In this document: positions 12,648 through 25,957 of the stretch, piece by piece | Position numbering within the stretch: position 1 is the stretch's first letter | Layout: each line of letters starts with the position of its first letter | Assembly: GCF_018977255.1 (NCBI RefSeq) | Contig: NW_024704742.1 | Location: forward strand, 93,560,001-93,624,000 | DNA from: Callorhinchus milii | Lineage: Eukaryota | Direction of reading: 5' to 3' | Length of the DNA stretch: 64,000 bases | The notes under the pieces: model-generated | Databases searched by the model: none | The model's input: only the letters and a program-made list of their open reading frames with translations | What the model was told of the DNA's origin: nothing | Program-made: the position numbers and the translations under genes

Positions 12648-14908
12648 AACTGGATGGTGGTACAATTTTTATTTCAAATTACCAGGGCATGATGGCAGCC
12701 ATAGATAGGCAAGTGTCCCATTATTATTATTATTATTATTATTATTATCCTCGCATTCCAAGAATTAGGAAGCAAGGATATGATTATAATAATATTATTA
12801 TTATTATTATTATATTCAGGGATATAATAATAATACTCCTTGCATTCGATGTAGCGCCTTAACACGCCTTCGGGATGGCTCAAAGCGGTTGTCTAGTTAC
12901 CCGACAGTATGCATTATTCTCACAAACGGGCGGCTGTGATCAGGGTCTCGGAGATGGGTTCAACTTGCTGACGACCTGTGCTGTTGCCTCAGGTGGTCCT
13001 CACTCAACTAACTGCATGCACGCTACATTATAGTTGATCTGTAACTCCAAAGTGAATGATAACTGAGATGCAATGGCATATAAATCTAAATTATGGGCAG
13101 AACAGCAATAGATTTGTTTCTGAACTGTATGTCACCAGGTTTGAGCGCCTTGCAATCTGTCTTTATGTTCCTAGCTAGTTTGCCCTCATAATCCATTTTC
13201 CCCCCCTTTCTAATCAGTTTCTTAGTTTTTCTTTGTTGGACATTTTGAAGCCCTCCCAATCCTCGGGTTTACTGCTCTTTTCGGCAGTATTACAGGTCTC
13301 TTCTTTTAGTTGTTTACTTTCCCTAACTGCTCTAGTTAGCCCTAGTTGAATCACTTTTCCTGTGATATTTTTATTCCTCAAGGGAATGTGTGATTGGATA
13401 TGTGATCCTTTACTCAGGAACCGAACAATTTCGACTGCATAATAGCTTATTTGACTACACTTGTGTGTTTTGAATACGTGACAGCTTATCTCCTTCTTCC
13501 CAAGGCTGGTGTTCGTCTTTCCTCAACTTTTCATGCAGACTGCTCCCTCTTAACTGATAGAAAAACATTCATGTTATTAACAGATGTTTGTAATGGTTCG
13601 GGTACGAAATGGTGTTATTCGCCATTTTGATTCATATAAGCAAGAATAACAACTTAACATTTATAATTTGATGCGGCCCTGCCTTACAACATTTCATTAC
13701 ATAGATGATATTCTAAGACCTGGGACCGATTCTGTGTGAGGGCTGACAGCGCAGACTCTACGACTGATGTTGCAACCAAGGACTTTCTTGCTTCTGCAGC
13801 TGAAGAGTTCCAAACCTGGATTCTCCAACTTGCCTTGGAGTTATCTAGCGCTGGTCAACAAGACTCTCTGTGAGGCACGCAATCCGTCAGTGTTCCAGAG
13901 TGCACTGTGTTTTCTTACCACAAGGAGGGTGAACCTAATGTGACTGAGATCTACAAAGGAATCACTGATTTAGATAGATTTTAAGGTGGTGCTCACTGCA
14001 CATGTGTGGCATGCATTGGAGGCTCATGGGTTGATCAGGAAGGAATAGGCTGGCATCTGTGTAGGACAGATGATGGAGAACATCAAGATATCTGGCACTT
14101 CACAAGCTGTCATGTAAAGGTCCTCCCTGAAGGTAGATATTTTGCCATTGAAAGCTCTGTCGCCCAATTCCAGAACAGATACGTTTGTGAGACATTTCTG
14201 TGCACAAATTCACCTACAAAATACAGTCGCTACACTTTACCTCCCAGCATGAAAGGTATTATATCAAATTCAAGGATTATTAATTATAAATAATAATATT
14301 ATCATAATATGAAGTGTTTTCCAGCATTAAGAGTTAATCAAAATTTCAAGCCCCATAGTCAGATAGGTTGGGGGCTTATTGATAATGTGTCTGAATAGTT
14401 CACACCTCTGGCTCTCAGGTTTGGGATAAATAAATTAAATTAACGAAAGATATACTACATGTAGAAAATACATGTGCTCCATGAATGGGACACAACTTGT
14501 TGAAACAAATCTATGGGTGTTAGTTCACTCATTACTCACCAAGTCAAAACAATGTGAGGCAGCAATAAATTAAGCAAACAAAATGCTGGGCTGTGTTACT
14601 AAATCAGTTGAGTTCGCAGCCTCAGAAGTCATGCTCAAAATCTGGTTAGGCTGTACTAAAGTCCTGCATGCAGTCTGGTAACTTAGGGATGGAGGGGTTG
14701 CTTCAAATCAATTTTTACCAACAGAGCTTTAAAATCAAGGTCCGTTTTTCCTCACTATCAATGTTTTGGTATTTTGTTACTTATTTACTTTGTTACTTTG
14801 TTACTTATTTCTAGCTTTGTTTTGTTTGATTTCCATTTGTTGTTTAAACTAATTTGGTTGCTTTGGCTAATGCCTGTGTGTAAAGAGTGTAATAGTTTGC
14901 TTTATTTA

Positions 14909-15212
14909 AGGCGAAACCTTAGGCAAGTTTCCTAACTCCACATGCCTCTGTTTGCTAGCAGTAGGTAGGAACCCAGTTGTTAGTCGATTGGTGGATCGCT
15001 TTTCTGGGGTAATAACCTCTTGGAAAATAAGAATAATTTGGTCACTCAATCCACAATGTCTGTGGGACACTGCTGCATGCAATTGGCTGCCATGTTTGAT
15101 CCACAAAATACACAGTCGCTCCACTTTACAGTATATTCTGTGAAGCGCTTTGAAACATTTCAAAGACGTGATATGGCGCTATACCAAATGCAAAGATTAT
15201 TATTATTATTTA
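14909..15212 (+). mobile_element. tRNA SINE, long subfamily, 5'-truncated
   Basis: Starts GGCGAAACC, contains the extra CTCTGTTTGCTAGCAG...GCTTTTCTGGGG segment, (ATT)n tail. Confidence 0.85.
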
Positions 15213-15506
15213 TTAAGTACAACAACAACAACAATAAGTTGCAATTATATAGAGACACTACCATGCCATTCTCACTCAAGGTAGTGTCTCTGAGCGCTTA
15301 AGTAGTGACTCGGCGCAGTGAAAGACCAAGTAATAATATTAGATGCTGTTAACTGCTTGCTTAACAAACAGGATGTGTTTCAATGGCTGCACATTGTGTG
15401 TAAGTCTTGGATGAATGGTAAACCAAAGTTCCTGTCTGCCTACTCAGGTGACACTAAAGATCCCATGACATTATATTGGGAGAAAAAAAGGGAGTTTCTC
15501 CCAAAG

Positions 15507-17150
15507 TTCTGGATGAGAGCCGACCTTCTCCAATTGAATGTCAGCAAGATGGAGGCTCTCCTGATTAGCTTGTGCCACCGCTTCCGCACCTCAGGCACTG
15601 GCAGCATTTCTGTCTTCCCCCACCTCCGCAACTCCCTCACTGCCTCACCCCTCAGGCTGCCAAAACCCTCATACACTCCTTCATTACATCCAGGGTCAAC
15701 TATGCCAACTCCCTGCTTGTCGGCCTCCCCAACTCTTCCCTCCATAAACTGCAGATAATCCAGAACTGTGCAGCTGGTGTCCTCTCGCTCACCTGGATCC
15801 GTGACCCCATCACACGCCCCGTTCGCCCGGCTTCACTGACTCCCCATCCCTCAGAGGATCAAGTTCAAAATTCTCGTCCTTACCTTCGTGGCCTTGCCCC
15901 CTCCTATGTCTCCGACCTGCTAACCCCTTATCAACCTGTTCACTCCCTCCGCTCAGCAGGCTCCAGCCTGCTCCATGTTCCTCGCCTGGCCTGCCCCACC
16001 ATTGGCGGTCGGGCCTTTAGTCTCTCTGCCCCCACCCTCTGGAACTCCATCCTATATTCCCATCGCCTCGCTCTCTCCCTTGCCTCATTCCAGGCTTGCC
16101 TCAAAACCATCTTCTTCGACCCAACTGCAGGAAGACATAGACAGAATGGTAAAATGGGCAGACTCATGGCAGATGAGTTTCAATGTAGAGAAATGCGAAG
16201 TAATGCATTTTGATACAAAGAATGAGGGGAGGCAATATAGGCTGGTAATACAATCTTAAGGGGGTTAAAAGAACAGAGAGACCTGGGGGTGCAGGTAAAT
16301 GAATCCTTGAAGTTAGCTGGACAGGTAGATAAGGTTGTAAAAAGGGCAAATGGGATTATAGGCTTTATAAATAGGGGCATAGAGTACAAGAGTCAGGAGG
16401 TTATGATTAACCTATATAAAACACTGGTTAGGCTTCAGTTGGAATACTGCACCCAGTTCTGGGCACCACACTATAGGAAGGATGTTAAGGCATTGGAAAA
16501 GGTGCAGAGGAGATTTATGAGGATGGTACCAGGAATGAGGGACCTTGATTATGAGGAAAGGCTAGAGAGGCTGGAATATTCTCATTGGAGCAGAGAAGGT
16601 TACGAGGAGACCTAATAGAGGTCTTCAAAATCATGAGGGGATTTGATAGGTTAGAAAGGGAAAAACTGTTTCCACTGGTGGGTGTGTCGGTGACTCGAGG
16701 TCACCGATTCAATATAGTCTCTAAAAGAAGCAGAGGGGAGGTGAGAAGAAATTTTTTCACGCATCGAGTTGTTCGAATCTGGAACGCATTGCCTGAAAGG
16801 GCGATCTATAAATGGAATCTTGTTGTTGTTGTTGTCGAGGCCGATTCGATAAAAACTTTTAAAAACTCGGTGGACGGGTATTTGAAGAGGACAGGTTTGC
16901 AGGGTTATGGGGAAAGGGCTGGGGAGTGGGATTGACATTAATTGCTCTATTCAAAGAGCCGGCACAGACTCGATGGGCCGAATGGCCTCTTTTTGTGCTG
17001 TACAATTCTATGATTCTATGATTCTATGACCCTGCCTTCGGTCACCCTCCCGATTCCAACCCCCCCACCCCATGGGTCGGGGCTCGGGTCCTAATCCCTG
17101 ACTGTCCTCTTGACATGAAAGGAACTTTACAAATGTAATTTTATGTTTTA
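15507..17150 (+). mobile_element. L2 3' fragment (15507-16122, resuming 17028-17150) split by a CR1 insertion
   Basis: ORF 15572 has AAKTLIHSFITSRVNYANSLLVGLP...IGGRAFSLSAPTLWNS. L2 sequence resumes at gaccctgccttcggtcac. Confidence 0.88.
16123..17027 (+). mobile_element. 5'-truncated CR1 LINE nested in L2
   Basis: LQEDIDR...WQMSFNVEKC, LVRLQLEYCTQFWAP, RRLRGDLIEVFK; (ATTCTATG)n tail; flanked by GACCC at 16118-16122 and 17028-17032. Confidence 0.92.
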
Positions 17151-17747
17151 TTGTAATGACCTATCCAACAATTAATAGGTGTTTGTGGGAACCTACTATG
17201 TGCAAATTGGTTGCTGAATTTGCTTAAAAATACACAGTCAGTACAGTTGAATATTGATATTAGTGAAGTGTTTTGAGATATTCTATGCCAAATGCAAGGA
17301 TTATTTTTGTTACTTTAAGATAAGATTCTGAAAGCCTTTGCAAAATCTTATTTTATACATCAAAGAATACAGCCAGTACTACGATTAGGTTAACAGACAG
17401 ACAGTTTGCCAATAAGCCAACAAAGTCAAAATATGAACATTCACAGATACATTGATAGAAGTATAAAGAATTGGAGATTAAAGCAAGCAAAGGGAACCTT
17501 CACTTAACTCTGTTTTGGTTCTTCTCTCCTCACCTAAAGCACAGGGTAAAGCAGAAAGCTACCTAATTAAAATTCTTCAGTCTTCCAGTCATATTCCTGT
17601 AATCTGCCTCATATTGCTGACACTAACTTAAGTCTTGTCTGACACTCTAGTGCAGTGTTAGGTGTCACTTTTCAATGATTTTCTTCTTGTTTGATAGTGT
17701 TTTGCTGGAGCAATTTTCTTTTAGGTGGACATTTCCTTAAATGACTT

Positions 17748-18060
17748 AGTGGAGTCCTGTAGCTCAGTGGTTAGAGCACTCGCCTCGCGAGCGAGAGATC
17801 TGGGTTTGATCCCAGCAGGGCGAAACCTTGTGCAAGTTTCCTCACTCCACATGCCTGATAATAATACCTCAAGGAAAAAAAATAAAATAAATTGGTCACT
17901 TCAATCCACGACTGTTTGTGGGACACTGCTGTGTGCAATTGGCTGCCGCGTTTCGCCCACAAATATACAGTCAATTTACTTTACAGTATATTCTGTGAAG
18001 AGCTTTGAGACGTCTCGAAGACGTGAAAAAGCGCTATATCAAATGTAAGTATTATTATTA
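17748..18060 (+). mobile_element. tRNA SINE, full length
   Basis: Head, A/B boxes, body and ATT tail. Confidence 0.9.
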
Positions 18061-18809
18061 GATAGTTGTTTTGTTCGCATACAAAATACACAGTCACTTC
18101 ATATAACAGTAAGATTTGATTATTTTGAACATCTATCACATGGCTTTAAGGTTTTGCATTGGTGTCTAAGGCAAGCTGGTCACAAACTCATGTAATGCAT
18201 CCCGTTGAGGGACACATCTAATACCTGAGAGAATTAGCCACAGGTTGGAGAGCCAAGGCTTGGGATTTGCAGAGTATGCATTGGGGGCACTGCTGGAGTT
18301 TAATCAGATTAAACCACATAGTTTGCCACATATAGCTCCTTAATCTCCAAGGAGATCTGCTAACCTTGCAACTAAGGAGCACAGTCACACGATCATTGCA
18401 ATTAATATAAAGTTTTATCATGTTGAAATATTTCAAAGTGTTTCACAGAGTTTTCTGTAAAATATAATTACGTAGGCAAAGGCAGCAGCCAATTTGCACA
18501 CATCACAGCCTTGAAGTGAAGGACCAATTATATCTGGAGGATTGTTGGCTAGGATATCAAGTCCTTTCTCTTGATGTCTCTTCTCTTTTTATATATTGCC
18601 CTTGGATCTTCTACATCCACCTGACCAGAAGGACAAACCCCCCCACCCTGACGCTGCATTAGAATATTGTATCAGCCACAACTGAGGCAGAGGAGTTCAA
18701 AGTTCTGATGTGGGGCTTGAGAGAATGCCACCAACTGAGCCAGGCTGCCACCTCCAATAATGTGATGCTTGATAGGGTATGCACATGGGCAAATGAAGTT
18801 AATACAGAT

Positions 18810-19295
18810 AAACAACAAAATAACTTGCATTATGTAGCACCCCTCACACAGGGTAGCATCCCAGAGTGCTTGACAGTGGCGGAACATGAATCCAAGCCAG
18901 AGGAAGGGTAAGGTTACCAGAGACACGGTCAAAGAGGACGATCTTCAGGCGCAACCTCAAGATGGGGAAGGAGGGTACAAGGCAGCAGGATAGAGGAATA
19001 GTGTTCCAGAGATTTGCGGCATAGTGGCTGAAAGTGTGGCCACTGATGCTGGAATAGAGGGCATGAGGGGACAAGCAGGAGGCCAGAGCCAGTTGAGCAG
19101 AGACAGTGGGTAGTGGGTTGGGGAGTAAACAGGTCGGAGGGGTAGGGAGGTGGCAAGGCATGAAGAGATTTGAAGACGAGTGCGAGGATCTTGAAATCAA
19201 TCCATTCGGTAATAGTAGCCAGTGGAGCCTGGCTACGACTGGTGTGATGGGGGTACGGAGTTAAATACGGGTCAGTACTTGTGCAGCAGAGTTTT
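18810..19295 (-). mobile_element. L2 3' fragment
   Basis: Minus strand HTFSHYAANLWNTIP...LKIVLFDR and (GTT)-type tail. Deu-type SINE remnants adjoin at ~18470-18750 and ~20070-20420. Confidence 0.8.
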
Positions 19296-20832
19296 CAAGG
19301 GCAGCATAAATGAAAGAGCAGCAGAAGATCCAAGGGCAGCATAAATGAACATATAGTAGATAGTCTACTGCAAATGAATGCTGTGAATACTAACAAGGAT
19401 TGTAATGTATATATATATATTTTAATAATGAAATATTAGGCATAAAGCAATGCAATTATAAGAGAAACTGTTCTGAAACATGATGGCGAATTGTTCCTGG
19501 CAGAAAAATGATATATGCTAGAGGAATATACTAGTACTAAGCTTTGCCAGCACTGTAGACGATGATATGGTGTCAAGTTGATCGTTATGATATGTATCGT
19601 TTTGCTTTATGGCTCTCACAAACTGTGAGCACAAAATCTGGAGAGCATCAGAGAAAATGGCAGCTACGTTTCGAGATTCACACGAGAATTTAGTAAGAGT
19701 GAATTCTGCAGATACCCAGATGTGCCTCAGGCTGACCCTCCAGAACTCTGCTCCCATTCCCATTTCAGTTCTGCTTCTGTGAAGCCAGAGTCCTGCCATG
19801 GGAAGATCCTCACAACCTGCAGCAGATTGGTGTGTCAGAGGGTCAGATCCGACACCCGCCGGTACCAACAGGATCCACTATTTACAAATCCTATTATGAA
19901 TCTAGTAAATTATATGTCAGTATACTCAGGAGGTCTGTACTGTACTATCTGATAGCATTCTGTAGCGGCATCCTGCATCTTATTGTAGCTACAACTCCAC
20001 TGTGGACACAAAGGCTGCCATCCTGTGGTCAGTTAGTATCATTGCTGTTGTTTTGAGGGATTTATAATAATAATCTCTAGATTTGATTTGGTGCCTTATC
20101 ACGTTGAGACGTCGCAAAGCACTTCACAAACTTTCACTGTAAAATGTAGTAACTGCATATTTGTAGGAAATCACGGCAGCCAATTTATGCACAGTGAATG
20201 ATCAATTTTATTTGGGGGATTGTTGGCCAGGACATCGAAGAAACTCACTTCTCTTTTCAAATAGTGCCCTGAAATCTTTAACTCCAGGCAGACAGGACCT
20301 CAGTTTTACGCCTCACGTGAAGGCCAGCATCTCTGATAATGCAGTGTATTATTATCCCAAACAGTGCATTGGAGTGTCAACCTAATATATGAGTATAAAG
20401 TCCCAAAGTGGGGCTATAACAACAACAAATTGCATTTATATTTATATTTCACGTCGGAGGATGTCCCAAAGCACTGAAACAATTCTCTGACTCAGAGTTG
20501 GAAGTGCTATTTGATGTGTCATAAGGACATAAGAAAGCAGTGAATAAGAAAAAGCCACACAGATTTTCTAGCTTGACTTTCCACAGCCATGTAAGACTCA
20601 GCATATCATGGAACTCGCTCATAAACATCCTGTGTAGCACATTTGGTTGAGCACTGGACTTTAGAGCTGTAAAACACTATGTTCCTTTCCTCACCACTTT
20701 CTATAAGTGTATCCTTTCCTGAAACCCAAGTCTTACCTGTCTACTCAGATAAACATTCACGATCCCTTGACATTATTCAAAAAGGGAAGAAAGATTCTCC
20801 CCTGAAGGTGGTGATCAACAATGCCCACAAAT

Positions 20833-21160
20833 GTGGAGTCCTGTAGCTCAGTGGTTAGAGCACTCGTTTTGCAAGCAAGAGACCCGAGTTCAATTCCAGT
20901 CAGGGCGAAACCTTGGGCAAGTTTCCTTACTCCACACGCCTAATAATAATCCCTCCAAAAAAAAACCAAAAACAATAATTAAATTGGTCATTTTCAATGT
21001 ACGACTGTTTGTGGGACATTGCTGTGCGCAATTGGCTGCCACGTTCGCCCACAAATATACAGTCAATTCACTTTACAGTGTGTTCTGTGAAGCGCTTTGG
21101 GCCGTTCTCCCGCCGTGAAAAGCGCTATATCAAATGCAAGGATTATTATTATTTATTATT
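20833..21160 (+). mobile_element. Young tRNA SINE (short subfamily), full length
   Basis: Same family as 2502-2818. Confidence 0.9.
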
Positions 21161-22899
21161 AAATAATTAGTTGTTTACCTCAAGACTGTTTGTGTGGCCT
21201 TGCTATGTGAAAATTGCTGCTGTGTTCGGCTGCAGAAATAGGTATTACTATTTAAATAGTAAATAGCTGAGGTCAAATGCACTGCTCAATGATTGTTAAT
21301 GACAATGGCAGCACTGACATTTTATTGGGGCTGGTTTTGGGCCAGTGTTGGGGGTGGGAGGAAACTCACGCTGACTTCAGCATGATGTTAGGTCAGAGTA
21401 TTTCAGCTATGCCATTGTTCTTTTTTCAGACCTGCAGAAAATCAGCTCCCAAAACGAGATTGAATTTAAGAATTGGCAAGAATTCTGCACAATTTGAAAT
21501 TTTGATACCAAAATCTTGGGCTTTGTGACTTGTGTTTTTCTCCTGCCAGGTTCCTGCATATCAATTTTTTTAAAACGCAGAATATTGTATATCAGTAAGT
21601 TCATAACCTATGTGTCACAAATGCATTTACTTTGTTAATAAACCTCTTGGAAAAAGACAGCTAGGCAGAGGAAAGTGAATCGAAAGAAAGTGAAAGAAGA
21701 ACTTAATTGATGTGCCGCTAATTGACATTGTCTGTATTTAGTCTGGATCTGGAGGTCAGTATTTACAGAGCTGTTTGTAATTTTAAAGTTTTGTGAATTT
21801 ATTTACTGAGTGAGTGAAACTGCCCACTGAGTATATACTACAGGGCATTATTTAGTTTTGAGAAAAATATTGATCAAGTTAACAGACAAGCATCGACCGC
21901 AGATGTTTCTGGGGGGGTGGGGGGAGGCATTTTTTTGGGGGTGTTGGGGGGGTTGGGGTGGGATTCAGCATGGAAGTGGTGTTCGATTGAATATTTGCAG
22001 ACTTTAAATTTGTTTTTACTTAGGTAGCGTCCCAGAATGCTTGACAGTGGAGGAGCACATAGCCGAGCTGGGGTAGGAGGGAGGCACCGTAAGCACTTCT
22101 TACTTAAGTAATGAATTAGTTAAGTAAGCATAGTCGAAGAGGAAGGTCTTCAGACGCTATTCACTAATAAATAATAATAGTTAATAAATAATAATACATA
22201 ATAATAAATGCTAATAAGTGACTAAGACAATAAGGTGCAACATTTACAAATTGTTAGATTAAAACTCTTATGTGGGTTTGCCCTGGGCTAATGTCTCCTG
22301 ACACAAATGGGAGGAAGAGGAAACTAAATGTGAAAGTATTGTTTCACAGAATGATTTATATATAAGTTTGCCAAAAAAAAACACAGTGACACCACTTTAC
22401 AGTATATCTGTGAAGCTCTTTGGGATGTCCTCCCAGTGTAAAATGTGCTATACTACATATAAAGATCATTTAAGATGCTAAAATAAATAGAAAAAGCAAA
22501 CCTGCAGCAAAATATTTTGCAGTGAAAGGTTGTGAAAGTTAATTTTGGAACAGAGACCAGGAAATAATTATTTACAAGGAGGAAAATCAACAGGTGGAAT
22601 TGGTTACCAGGAAGGTTGTTCAGCCCAGAACGCAGGATTTTTAAGAAACAGATTGAATCTGCAGTGAGAATCAGGTAGATTTGGTATTTTGAAGAGATTA
22701 AATCAATTGGTCTAAGGTGCCTTTATCTTCCATATGCACCTTAACCAGTGATTCCAATATCCCTCCATTCCTCTATTGTTGATGGATCTCACTACCAAGA
22801 TTTGTTTGGCTTTTGGATTTCTATTAACAGAAGTAAATATCAAAGCAGCAGGCTGGGGGGTGGGGGGGATCTGGACTGTTGAGGAATTGTTATAAAAGG

Positions 22900-23190
22900 G
22901 TCAGTTTGTGCTAGAACCTGGGTTTGATTTGATTAGGCACGTTTCCTTACTCTGTTTACCTAGCAGTAAGTAGGAACCCAGTGGTTAGTCAATTGGTGGC
23001 TCGCTTTTCCTCAAACAAATGTGGTCACTCAATCCACGAGTATTTGTGGGACACTACTGTGCGCAATTGACTGCTGCATTTTGCCCACAAAATACACAGT
23101 CAATCCATTTTACAATATATTTTGTGAGACACTTTGAGACATCTCAACAACATGATAAGGAGGTATATCAAACGCAGTGATTATTATTAT
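22900..23190 (+). mobile_element. tRNA SINE, long subfamily, degraded
   Basis: CTCTGTTTACCTAGCAGTAAGTAGGAACCC segment and tail. Confidence 0.75.
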
Positions 23191-23895
23191 TGTTAATATT
23201 ACTATAGATTACATCGGTGTCCTGGAAACCTGTTGGCTTTGCAGGGACAGCAACAAAGCAAGTCTTTTAGTCTCACGTGAAACTTGTTGACTAGCTATTG
23301 ACTCCACAAGACATGATCTATGTGGATTAATTTGCTTGTTTCCATGATGCTGGTTTCATAACGCATCTGGTTGCAATCAGCGCCTCTGGGAATCAGTAAC
23401 TATACCACAGTTGGGAGATGACTGATAAACCGCTCTCACCAACTGCTGCAATAGCAATACTATAAGGCTCAACTCATTTTGGGCTATTCTGGAGTCCTTC
23501 GAGAGGTAGAGTATATGGGGCTTCCAGTAGGGAGGAGCATTCCTCAATATCCAGCGCCTTGGGACGTCCTCCTGATGTGAAAGGCGCAATACAAATGTAA
23601 TTTGTTGTTTGTTGTATTCCACCAAGGGAAAGCAATACTGTAGTCAATGTAGAGCAGGGCTTTGCAATAGGATTTGTGCTGGAATAAGGAGGCTCAACAT
23701 TAAATTAGGTTCAAAACATTGCTAAAGATTTTTACATTTGTTCTCCACACAGGCTCAGGCCTGTTTCATAAGTTTACTAAATTTTTCAAATGCAGCTAAA
23801 TAAATTTCAGTGTACATCAACAAATCAACCTGACTCAATTGGCAGTGCTCTTGCCTCTGGGTTAGAAGATTGTGGGTCTATTTCCTACTTCAGGG

Positions 23896-24220
23896 CTTTT
23901 TTTTTCAGCCGAGTGTCTGACACATGCAGAAACCCATCACAATGCTGAAAAGCATCCAAACCAAACGGAGAATTCCATGCATCCCAACTTCACATGGAAA
24001 TTCCAGAGATAGATTGTTGGAACCTGAACTCTATGCCTGGAGGGACGCATCAAGCTTACCTAATTCTGGAAAGTATTAGGTGCAGGTTGGCAAGAGCTGA
24101 GGCGTGTGTGTTGGGGTACTGCTTGGAGCCTAACCAGCTAAAACTGTATAGCTTGCCATTGTATAGCTGATGGCAAGCTTTCCTGCTGCTTGTCCAGCTG
24201 GGAGCATCCTACCCATTAAG
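23896..24220 (-). mobile_element. Unclassified interspersed repeat, copy 1, inserted into a Deu-type SINE
   Basis: Homologous to 32740-33118, 48185-48393 and 61950-62306; A-rich tail on the minus strand. Confidence 0.75.
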
Positions 24221-24526
24221 TCCTGTATCATTTAATGTCTCATCCAAATGTTAAAATTCCCATTGCACTCTTTGAAAAGAGGATTTTTTCCTGGTGTCCT
24301 GGCCAACAATCCCCACTTAAAATCAGTCATTTACTTGAATGCGACTTTGATGTGCGCAAGTTAGCTGCCATGATGGCCTAAAAATACACAAAAAAGTGTT
24401 TTGAGGTCTTTGACGTTACAGGCTCTAAATCAAATACAATTATTATTATTAATTCCCTGCTTTTAACTAGCTGAGCAGAATAACTCATTGGACATGTTGC
24501 CACAATCCACCCAGTGGATCCATTCT

Positions 24527-24540
24527 CCAGCAGGTGGCAC
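24527..24540 (+). promoter_or_regulatory. CTCF core motif
   Basis: CCAGCAGGTGGCAC matches CCASYAGRKGGCRS, in apparently non-repeat sequence. Confidence 0.5.
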
Positions 24541-25374
24541 TGTTCTTCTGTTCGCTGATCCTCTTCCCAATACAGCAGCAAAGTATCATGAACTTTATGC
24601 CATGACATTTCTACCAGAAATAACACAGACCTGTCAAGCCTACAATGGAATGGAATTATGTGATCATTTAACAAGAGAGTTATCAATACATTTAAAATTG
24701 GGCTTCATAATCATCAGATGTATTTGAATTTTGTTGCTTGAGCGACCTAAGAGGCATTTACTACTATTTCCTTGTCTCAATTTGCAAAGCCTCCAAAAAT
24801 AGTGAAAATGTGGTGCAATATTTCCTAATAAGGAATTCCAGTGGAGTTTGTATTGATGTGTGGGGATTTCGCTCCTGAAGGAGATTGAGTCAGATTCGGA
24901 ATTCCAGAAGATTGCTGTGATGTACGTGGAGTTACCAGGAGACTTCCTTAGTTGCACAACTTTGTTTCCTCATTGCATGGCAGCAAACCATCACAAACCT
25001 TATGTAATGACATCTTGGCCGGGGTATATTAGACTGTCACATTAAGAAGCACCACAAACCTGACCCCTATGTTAATGAAACACACCTACAGAAAAGTTTG
25101 GATCCTTAATAAACTCAGTAGCACTTATGAAGGTTCCTCACGTCGAGTTTTCAGGGCATATTCATAAATCCTATCCAGGTTACCGACTGAAAAGCGCCAG
25201 AGAACCACATGGGCTGATGTTTGGCAAATTAAGTTCAATACAGATAATTGCAAGGTACTACATATAGTACCAAAGAATAGGAAATGTATGTAGTGTTTAG
25301 AACCCCAGAAATTGTATTCAAGTTGTGTAGTGCTCTGGTCAAGCCATCTCTGGATGTTCTGGTCAATGTGACAT

Positions 25375-25750
25375 GTGGAGTCCTGTAGCTCAGTGGTTAG
25401 AGCACTCGCTTTGCAAGTGAGAGACCTGAGTTCAATTCCAGGCAGGGCGAAACCTTGGGCAAGTTTCCTTACTCCACACGCCTCCAAAAAATAAAACAAT
25501 AATAAATTGGCCAATTTCAATCCATGACTGTTTGTGAGACACTGCTGTGCGCAATTGGCTGCCGCGTTCGCCCACAAATATACAGTCAATTCACTTTACA
25601 GTGTGTTCTGTGAAGCGCTTTGGGATGTCCTCCCGATGTGAAAAGCGCTATATCAAATGCAAGGATTATTATTATTATTCTGTGAAGCGCTTTGGGACGT
25701 CTAGAAGACGTGAAAAGTGCTATATCAAATGCAAGGATTATTTATTATTA
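25375..25750 (+). mobile_element. tRNA SINE with a second 3' tail appended, inserted in an old CR1 remnant
   Basis: Full SINE to ~25678, then a second TCTGTGAAGCGC...ATTATT tail. CR1-like remnants on both sides (~25190-25370 and ~25760-26220). Confidence 0.85.
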
Positions 25751-25957
25751 GAGACTGCCCTCAACGCAGTGTAAAACAGAGCAATGAGAATAATCTCCAG
25801 CGTTGGAATGAGCTATGATGAGCGATGATCAGAAAAACTTGGCTCTTGCAGACCTTGCAGAAGTTTACAAAATTTTAAATGTGAATGAGAAAACCCAGAT
25901 CAATACTTTATGACATGCAGAGACAGCAGAACAAGACGACACAGATTAGAGTTGCAA

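Larger units (their letters stand above)
7880..14571 (+). repeat. Tandem duplication: copy 1 7880-10312, copy 2 10313-14571
   Basis: ~1.95 kb of unique sequence is nearly identical (ORFs 9734-10021 and 14006-14293 differ by one residue). The junction ...AATT-AA-TCAGCAGCGG has a 2-nt AA microhomology. Confidence 0.95.

Noticed and set aside
10315..12665. Three 700-775 aa G/W/V-rich ORFs (and Pro/His-rich ORFs at 7709-8590)
   Set aside because: Stop-free reading of a low-complexity minisatellite in all frames; no evidence of coding.
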